Assembly: GCA_964016885.1 (NCBI GenBank)
Contig: OZ024743.1
Location: 220,534,001-220,598,000, forward strand
Direction of reading: 5' to 3'
Origin: Eledone cirrhosa
Lineage: Eukaryota
Length of the DNA stretch: 64,000 nt
A program made the translations under genes and the position numbers. The notes under the pieces were generated by a model. That model ran no database searches. It was not told the DNA's origin and saw only the letters and a program-made list of their open reading frames with translations. Of this stretch, positions 54,256 through 64,000 are shown piece by piece. Within the stretch, counting starts at the first letter, position 1. Each line of letters opens with the position of its first letter.

Positions 54256-54910
54256 TACCCTGCAACTTAAGAATTGGGTACTATTCTCATCTGCGTCCTC
54301 TCCAATCTCTGTACCGTGAATATTTTATATTGGAATGCCTTCAACCCACTAAGACATGGGTTGTAAGATATTCGGTAGAACTTTCTGGTCAGATACTGAC
54401 GCATAGTTCTCAGGGATATTCGGTGTGACTCGGGTTTGGTAAGTCATGTCCTTTGAATTTTAGTTAAAACCCATTTTTGTTTCTAGTTGAGAGGAGTAGT
54501 AACGTGAAATAATGGATAATTGAACACGCAGCAATATGCTCCAGACCCGAACACCTTAACTGCTAAGCCATGCACCTTCACTTCCTGATCTAACCTTTCT
54601 TTGAAACCACATTACTTTTCGAATGCATGGAGCTATATATTCTATCTACTTTACACTTTGCTATTTCGTTAGAATTACGACTGACTCAAGTGTAGGCTCC
54701 AATTCTAGAATTTTCTGCAAATTAAATCATGTAAATACACATGTGATATGCCTAGGCGTTGAAAACCTTGTTGGGGAGTATATGATTTCATGGATGGTGT
54801 AGGATGTGTAAATTGCGTAAAACAATTTAATCTCCGTGTCCAGTGAGACGTGATCAGCCGGCCATTTCAGAAGAATGTTTCTTGAATACGGCTATCTGAC
54901 CCACCCCTCT

Positions 54911-55043
<133 letters not shown>

Positions 55044-55236
55044 TGTTTCCCTTGGCTTCATCTTAAAATACAGGTTTATATCCTCTTTCTTTTCCATGCC
55101 TACTTTATCATTTTTTCCCCTTTCTCCCACCGAACACACCCTGCTTTACCAAGCAGATTAATATATATATGTATACATAGATATTTACCTACATATGTCT
55201 ACGTATATATGTATATATAAATGTATATATATATAA

Positions 55237-55293
<57 letters not shown>

Positions 55294-55419
55294 AATAAGT
55301 CTGTAGGTATATATATATATATATATACATACGTATATGTTTATGTATATATGTGTATATACACTTTTTGACAAAAATACACACACGCATACACACATGC
55401 ATACATAATATATGCATAC

Positions 55420-55471
<52 letters not shown>

Positions 55472-55483
55472 GGAGAGGGAGAA

Positions 55484-55534
<51 letters not shown>

Positions 55535-55826
55535 GTTGAAGAATAAGGATCAATATGGTGTGATATCTGGGTAAACGGTAACAGGTGTTAATCTTGGAAA
55601 GGAAACATGGAAACAAGGCTGACTCTTTTAATTTATGATTCCGATAGAGTAGAATAGCGTAGGATAGAGTAGGATAAAGTAGATTAGAGCTGAGCAAGTG
55701 CAATGAGAGCAGGCATTTTCGTTTCATCCATCGTTGCACTTGACATATCGCTGGCATTTTACGTAAATTGTGCAATGAAGCGGCACAGATCGATACTGAC
55801 TTCTTGGCTTGAGTCTGTTGTATTGG

Positions 55827-56245
55827 GAAGAAGAAGAAGAAGAAGAAGAAGAAGAAGAAGAAGAAGAAGAAGAAGAAGAAGAAGAAGAAGAAGAAGAAGA
55901 AGAAGAAAAAAGAATGAAAGAAGAAGGAGATGAAGAAGAAGGTGAAGAAGAAAAAGGAGGAGGAGGGTGGAGAAGGAGGAGAAGAAGGAAAAGAAGGAGA
56001 AGAAGGAGAAGAAAAGAGAAAAAGCAGAATGGTAAGAAAAAGGAAGAGGAGGAGGTGGAGAAGAAGAAGAAGAAGAAGAAGAAGAAGAAGAAGAAGGAGG
56101 AGGAGGAGGAACAGAAGAAGAAAAGAAGGAAAAGAAGAAAGAAAAAGAAGAAGAAAAGAAGGAAAAGAAGAAGAAAGAAAAACAAGAAGAGGAAGAAGAG
56201 GGAAAAGGGAAAGAAGAAGATGTAAAAGAGAGAAAGAAAGAAGAC
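55827..56245. repeat. (GAA)n/(GGA)n purine tract
   Basis: Direct reading. Confidence 0.95.
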
Positions 56246-56384
56246 ATTGATCAAATGTCGTTTGTTTGTTCCCTCAGGCATTGACTTGACTAAAATTTTA
56301 TACTTCCGAATCGATATCAGTACCACCAAACAACAACCCTGCAAACATGGTATAAAAACAATTCAACCAGTGTATCAAACCAGT

Positions 56385-56742
56385 CACCACCACCACCACC
56401 ACCGCCACCACAACCGCCGCCACCACCAGCGCCACCACCACCACTACCACTACCACCACCACCACCACTACCAACAACAACAACAATACCACCACCACCA
56501 CCACCACTACCAACAACAACACCACCATCACCACCAACAACAACAACAACACCACCACCACCACCACCACTACCACCACCAACAACACCACCACCACCAA
56601 ACCCACCACCACCACCACCACCACCACAACCACCACTGCCACCAATAACACCACCACCACCAACAACAACACCATCACCACCACCACCACTACAAACAAC
56701 CACCACCATCCCCGCCGCCACCACCCCACCACTACCACCACT
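56385..56742. repeat. (CCA/CAA)n microsatellite
   Basis: Direct reading. Confidence 0.95.
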
Positions 56743-57410
56743 AAAAATCATCTTACAACGTCATCGACCTATAATTTTGCTAGTTTCTGGCATCGATCTC
56801 TTCTTGATTAGATTTCAGTGAGTAAAATAATAAGATAAAATAAAAACAAATAAATATGAACAAAAAGAAAATCAACAACAACAACAATAATAATATATAA
56901 TTTCCTCTAAGACAGCAGCAGGAGCAACAGTAAATTACTACTACAACCACCATCACCACTACCACAACTACCACTACTACTGCTAACACAACTTTGTATA
57001 CTAATACTAATTTGAATCTACAATTTCTTTTACTTTATTGCTTAGATAAGATAGTTTATTCTCACGTAATTTTTCAGGGTCTTCGATAATGGTGGTATTC
57101 TCAAACCATAGTCTTGGTCCACATGCTTACAATAGAGGGGCCTGTGCTAAGGATACTAAAAGACCAGGTGCTGATACAAAAGCGGGCGAGAGATTATATG
57201 AATGACTAACATAAGCCAGAGAAAGATTTGAACTCTGAATGCAAACAACTGACGCTCTAACATATATACTGTGATAATTCATCACTTGAGAATGATAGTA
57301 TATTTTATGAAGCAAGAAATGTTGAAAAATAAAGCTGCTTTTGACAGGTTTTTAACCCAGATCGCTAAGAGACGGAATGAAATACTACAAAGTATCTAGT
57401 CCGACACTCA

Positions 57411-57484
<74 letters not shown>

Positions 57485-57679
57485 TGATCAGAGCAAACAG
57501 CACGGACACTCTATCTCAAAATTATTTTTGAAAAGCATTTAGAAATGCGCAACCGGTAAAAACTTAAAAACTTAAAACCACAACTGAATACTAACCCATA
57601 CAATCACTAATACTCTTTTATTCCTAATTAAACCATTTTTCAACTGTGAACAATTTGTCAGCATTTTCTATTCCGTTTA

Positions 57680-57712
<33 letters not shown>

Positions 57713-57719
<7 letters not shown>

Positions 57720-57912
57720 TGAGATTCTACAGGACTAGAACTGTTTCATTCTTTAGAAATCATCAGGAATCGCTGATTCCTGATGATTTCTAAAGAATGA
57801 AACAGTTCTAGTCCTGTAGAATCTCATCTATATTAAAACTTTTATACTCTGCAATGTATTGAGTACCTTACTTACTGTGGTTACCTCCGATTCAACCCGG
57901 AATAACGTACTG
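57713..57912. mobile_element. Foldback mini-element (family E): perfect inverted arms of about 59 bp plus a unique tail
   Basis: 57713-57771 vs 57775-57833 with a 3-nt loop; (AT)n flanks. Confidence 0.85.
57775..57823 (+). ncRNA. Type I hammerhead ribozyme (mirror copy at 57723-57771 on minus)
   Basis: gattc-CTGATGA-t ttc taaa gaa t-GAAA-cag ttctagtc ctg-TA-gaatc; GUA triplet. Confidence 0.8.
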
Positions 57913-58015
<103 letters not shown>

Positions 58016-58092
58016 ATATATATATGTGTATATTATATATATATATATATATGTGTGTGTGTATATATATATGTATATATATATAAATATAC

Positions 58093-58145
<53 letters not shown>

Positions 58146-58159
58146 TGTTTTTGGTGGCT

Positions 58160-59180
58160 CCCTCAGCCATGCCCTCTGTAGTACATACAACAACATCCCT
58201 CACTAGCTCTGCTGATGACACTAAGGTAGCACAGGCAATCAAAAACCCGACTGATGCTGCCCTTTTACAACAAGATCTGGATGCCATATACAAATGGGCG
58301 GAAGACAACAACATGCAGTTTAATGCTGGCAAATTCCAAGCCCTACAATACAAACCTGCAAACACAAATACAGTACAACAGAGTTATGCCGGACCAGGAG
58401 GGACCGATATCCCCGTGTCGAAATCGATACAAGACCTGGGTATAGACATGAGCGATGATGCATCTTTTTCCTCACACATCATGAAAGTGGCGACAATGTG
58501 CAGACGACACGCTGGCTGGATCTTGAGGACTTTCCGGACAAGAGACCGAGACACCATGTTGACACTATGGAGGACATTTGTCCTAAGCCGCCTGGACCAT
58601 TGCTCCCAGTTGTGGTCACCCCATAGTGTCAAACTAATCACGGAGCTTGAGGAAATCCAGCGAAGCTACACCAAGAGGATTGAGACGATGTAGAAGATAA
58701 GCTAAAGGAACCGAACCTCTACTCCTTGGAACGAAAACGGGAGAGATACGCAGTGATCTACATGTGGAAAATTCTGGAGGGACTAGCACCAAACTTTGGC
58801 ATTTGGAGCTGGACCAACCGTCGAACAGGACGTCACTGTGTGGTGACAAAGGTCCCGTCTTTCACATCTAGAATAATGAGCAGATATTGCAATAGCCTGG
58901 GGTTCAAGGGCCCCCAACTCTTCAACAAGCTGCCGAAGCATCTGAGAGATCTGCATGGTGTGGATGTGGATGTCTTCAAGAAACATCTCGACACTTTGCT
59001 ATCCAGGATCCCGGATGAGCCCACAGCAAGGCACGAGGGAAACCTAAGGGCAGCAGCAATGAACTCCCTTTTGCACCAGTGGCAAACCAATACAGGCTGG
59101 AGATAAAATGTGTAGCAACAAGGGCGGTACCCCAGCATGACCTAAGCCGGATGGCTGGAACAGGTAAAAGAGTAAAATAG

Positions 59181-59182
<2 letters not shown>
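58160..59182 (+). mobile_element. 5'-truncated CR1/Jockey-group LINE (RT C-terminal half and 3' UTR)
   Basis: [71 protein letters not shown]. Confidence 0.85.
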
Positions 59183-59271
<89 letters not shown>

Positions 59272-59350
59272 TATAGTAGTGACACAATAGTTAGTTCACC
59301 ATACCGAGGAGAACTATTGTTTCACCTTAAGCGGATCTTCAGCTCGGACT

Positions 59351-59460
<110 letters not shown>

Positions 59461-59629
59461 ATATATCCTTAGAAGGATAAAATGTAAAGTTGAGATATCA
59501 CCAGGATTTATCACGATCAACACTATGAATTTGCTAACACACTGCCTCGTCGACTAGCTGATTATTTTTAACCATGGAAGGATGAAAGGTAACGTTATCA
59601 TCTGGAAAATTTGAAATCAGAGGGTAGAC

Positions 59630-60167
59630 CAGAGGTTTTAAAACATTTTAGGCCACCGCCTCCCTCATGGCCATGTAATACTCTCAGTGACCCCTAATCC
59701 TATTTCCAGAGAGACCCGCCTACACGCAAATTGTAAATAATTATTTCTACTTTTGGCACAAGGCCAGCAATTACCCAGTACAGTACCTTATTTTATCGAC
59801 TCCGTAAGGATGAAAGGCAAAGTTAACCTCGGCAGGATTTGAACTCAGACCGTAAAGGGACGTAACTATGCTGGAAAGCATGGCGTCCGACTCTCTACCG
59901 ATACTGTCAATCCTCCACGCAAATTGTAAATAATATATAATAAATAAAATCATTAATTTATGTATAATAAACAATATAATATATACTATGTATAAATAAA
60001 TACTATATATTTTTCATTTTACTATATTTATATATAGTATGTATCATTTGATATTTAATATACTATTATATAATCTCTACAACCCCCACCACTCCCTTAG
60101 GCTCCAGCGCATCCTGGACCTTCTCAAAGCCCCCCGGGGGAGGTAGCACCCACATTGAAAACCTCTG
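59630..60167. mobile_element. hAT (Charlie-like) MITE with a nested SINE
   Basis: TIRs cagaggttttaaa and ttgaaaacctctg; 8-bp flanks gggtagac / acgtagac (6 of 8 match). Confidence 0.6.
59742..59915 (-). mobile_element. tRNA-derived SINE with a 19-bp target-site duplication
   Basis: cacgcaaattgtaaataat at 59723-59741 and 59916-59934. Confidence 0.85.
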
Positions 60168-60779
60168 ACGTAGACAGAAAGAACGCATACGGCAAAATAT
60201 TTTATCTCACGCTCTAATGCTTCTACCAATTCCCCATATATCGACAGCTGTCAATTCTCTGCCTGTGTACAACTTCACCACATCTCAGCCAATTCTACTG
60301 CTGCCGCGTTTCTCGTTATCTCATAAAAATTATCAGAAGGCCTCCACACAGTTCGATATTGACATTGTCTTTTATTTTCAATTGATTTCTCAAATAATTG
60401 TTTGCATTAAAAACAAAAATATTATCATAAAATTGTTCATTTATACAGGTTTTCGGATATTTTTCTATAAAGACATTCCCAACAAATTGTTTGTAATCAG
60501 TTAATAAATTGATGTGTTAGTAACCTGTCTCAGCAAGAAACCGAATATAATCGATGATTATTTGAGCACTTTTGGTTGATCGATTATTTCTGCGATTCAA
60601 ATGATCTTTGAAATCAGTTAAAATAAATGATCGAAATGGTGTTGTTGATTGATTACACAGTATTACAGGTATTTCGTTAGAAGTGAAAGTGGTGAGGGAC
60701 TAATGTTTGCATGATTGCGATTAAAATATGAACATGCCTGCAAATATGCCAGGAAATCAGGGGTAAACATTAACTCCTA

Positions 60780-63180
60780 ATCACCCCCCCCCCCTCCACC
60801 ACAACCTCTACCACACACCGCCACCACCACCACATACGCCATCATCATCTACATTGCATGTGCGGCTGTCAGTAAAAGCTACTTTCACCATCACCATTAC
60901 TAACAACTACTAATATTATCAACAATGCCATCACCACCACGGCCATTAACACTAGTATCAGTACCATTACAAAAACAACCACTACTACCACCGACACTAC
61001 CACCACCACCACCACCACCACCACCACCACCAATAACACTACCACAACTGCCACTGCTACCAACATCATCACCAGTTCAACGATCACCACCAATAACAGC
61101 ACCATCACAACCAACACCAAGACCGCCACCACCACCACCACAACCATCACAACCATCACCAACCACTACCATCACTACCACTAGCACCACTGCCTCTCAT
61201 CATCACCACCATCTTCATGAGCACCACCAGCAGCAGCACCATGACGACCACCAACACCACTTACACAAATATCATCACAAGCTCGACGAGCAGCAGCAGC
61301 AGCAGCAGCAGAAGCACCACCACCACCACCACCACGACTATAAACACCATTACAATACAATCATCATTATCCAAACCATTATCCTCATTACTACTACAAC
61401 TCAACCCACGACAACAATCAGCAGAACCACCACCACCACCACCAACAGGACTACTACCACCACAACCACCACCACCACCACCACCACCACCACCACCAAC
61501 AGGACTACTACCACCAACACCGCAACCACCACCACCACCAACAACAGGACTACTACCACCACCACCGCAACCACCACCACCACCACCACCACCAACAGGA
61601 CTACTACCACCACAACCACCACCACCACCACCACCACCAACAGGACTACTACCACCACAACCACCACCACCACCACCACCACCACCACCACCAACAGGAC
61701 TACTACCACCACCACCGCAACCACCACCACCACCACCACCACCAACAGGACTACTACCACCACCACCGCAACCACCACCACCACCAACAGGACTACTACC
61801 ACCACCACCGCAACCACCACCACCACCACCACCACCACCAACAGGACTACTACCACCACCACCGCAACCACCACCACCACCACCACCACCACCACCAACA
61901 GGACTACTACCACCGCAACATACCACCACCACCACCACCACCAACAGGACTACTACCACCACCGCAGCCACCACCACCACCACCACCAACAGGACTACTA
62001 CCACCACCGCAGCCACCACCACCACCACCAACAGGACTACTACCACCACCACCGCAACCACCACCACCACCACCACCACCACCACCAACAGGACTACTAC
62101 CACCACCACCGCAGCCACCACCACCACCACCACCAACAGGACTACTACCACCGCAACATACCACCACCACCACCACCACCAACAGGACTACTACCACCAC
62201 CGCAGCCACCACCACCACCACCACCAACAGGACTACTACCACCACCGCAGCCACCACCACCACCACCACCAACAGGACTACTACAACCACCACCGCAACC
62301 ACCACCACCACCACCACCACCACCACCACCACCACCAACAGGACTACTACCACCACCACCGCAACCACCACCACCACCACCACCACCACCACCACCACCA
62401 ACAGGACTACTACCACCACCAACGCAACCACCACCACCACCACCGCAACCACCACCACCACCACCACCAACAGGACTACTACCACCACCACCGCAACCAC
62501 CACCACCACCACCACCACCAACAGGACTACTACCACCACCACCGCAACCACCACCACCACCACCACCACCACCACCACCACCACCACCAACAGGACTACT
62601 ATCACCACCACCGCAACCACCACCACCACCACCACCACCACCACCAACAGGACTACTACCACCACCACCGCAACCACCACCACCACCACCACCACCACCA
62701 CCAACAGGACTACTACCACCACCACCGCAACCACCACCACCACCAACAGGACTACTAACACCACCACCGCAACCACCACCAACAGGACTACTACCACCAC
62801 CACCGCAACCACCACCACCACCAACAACAGGACTACTACCTCCACCACCACCACCACCACCGCCACAACTACCACCACAACTACCACCGCCACAACTACC
62901 ACCATCACTACCACCGCAACCACCACCACCACCAACAACAACAGGACTACTGCCACCACCACCACTACCACCGCAACCACCACCACCAACAACAACAGGA
63001 CCACTACCACCACCACAACTACCACCGCAGCCACCACCACCAACTACAACACGACTACCACCACCACCACCATCACCACCACCACCATCACCACCACCAC
63101 CACCACCACCACCAACACCGACACCACCACCACTGACACCACCACCTCCTTGCTACACAACACAAACAACAACAACAATC
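60780..63180. repeat. 2.4 kb (CCA)n-based array with the recurring anchor aacaggactacta
   Basis: From about 61440 to 63000 units are aacaggactacta(cca)n-ccgcaa-(cca)n with variable n. Confidence 0.93.
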
Positions 63181-63890
63181 AGTACCAAAAATAGTCCCAT
63201 TAAATTGCTGCTGCCCTGAATTTATTCTCTATCCGGAGAGCAACAACAACAACATCAACACCACCACCAACAACAACAACATCAACAACAACGCCAACAA
63301 TAACGTCAACAACAGCAACACCGTCAAGTAAAGGACGACATAGTAAAACCAAACATGCAACTTTGCCTAGAAATTTAAAATGCTATCAATTATGTAAATT
63401 TTCCCTAATGATATATTGATGAATTGCATAGAAAATGTCAAATGTCAATCTCCATTTTAAAGATCACTGCTTTAGAATCATAACAAAGGGAGAGCAAGCT
63501 ACATTTATCTTTGTGCCGAGTTTATTACGAGCTTGGCATTTTCATAACCGATTTTATAGGATGTACCGCAATCGATAAATGATAAATGCTATGGAAATCA
63601 ATTATAGATATAATGTGTTATATGCAGTGTTATATGCAATGTTATTATATGAAGTGTTACTATATGCAGTGGAAGATTTTAAGTTTTAAATGGCTCTTAG
63701 TAATAATAGATGGTTGGATTATTTGCATTCTATGGTTAGGGGGTTAGTTTTAGTTTTCAGTTTGAGTCAATAAATTGAACTCTAAGTCCCTCTCTATCTC
63801 TCTCTATTTCTTTCTTTCTCTCTTTCTCTATTTCTTTCTCTCTCCCTGCCTCTTTCTTCCTTTCTCTCTCTCTCTCTTCCGATCTCTTCC

Positions 63891-63974
<84 letters not shown>

Positions 63975-64000
63975 TCCAGAAATAGCCGTCGAAACGGCTT

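Noticed and set aside
55724-56751. Glu/Lys/Arg-rich and His/Gln-rich ORFs
   Set aside because: Products of (GAA)n and (CCA)n microsatellites.
61430-63010. Repeat-spacer pattern resembling CRISPR
   Set aside because: Spacers are only CCA runs and the constant part is just 13 bp.
60925-63219. 764 aa Pro/Thr/His-rich ORF as a real gene (extensin, mucin or formin-like)
   Set aside because: Open in several frames on both strands because of (CCA)n; no non-repetitive domain or splice evidence.

Overview
Repeat-dense, AT-rich animal (eukaryotic) DNA with no recognisable host protein-coding exon, rRNA, intact tRNA or CRISPR array. The SINE and microsatellite make-up looks like a cephalopod (Octopus-like) genome, but that is inference. 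Contents: (1) a head-to-tail array of three L1/Tx1-type LINEs (1-8978, minus strand) separated by (GATA)n; (2) a decayed R4/Dong-like RLE LINE plus a second fragment; (3) four coding Penelope-like element (PLE) insertions (RT and/or GIY-YIG) with inverted pseudo-LTRs, all inside (AT)n; (4) several non-coding PLE-type foldback mini-elements; (5) hammerhead-ribozyme folds of at least five sequence families, several with non-canonical cores; (6) bipartite non-autonomous RTE derivatives in (TGTA)n, decayed RTE and CR1-like LINE fragments, about 15 tRNA-derived SINE copies, DNA-transposon MITEs, a SINE-head-derived 45-47 bp minisatellite and many microsatellites. Most long ORFs in the supplied track are microsatellite artefacts. 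Best leads: the hammerhead-bearing palindromic mini-elements, the in-frame single-stop ORF1/ORF2 junction overlapping a splice-donor motif in two divergent Tx1 elements, an IFD-like insertion in a C-terminal-endonuclease PLE RT, and family-specific microsatellite association.
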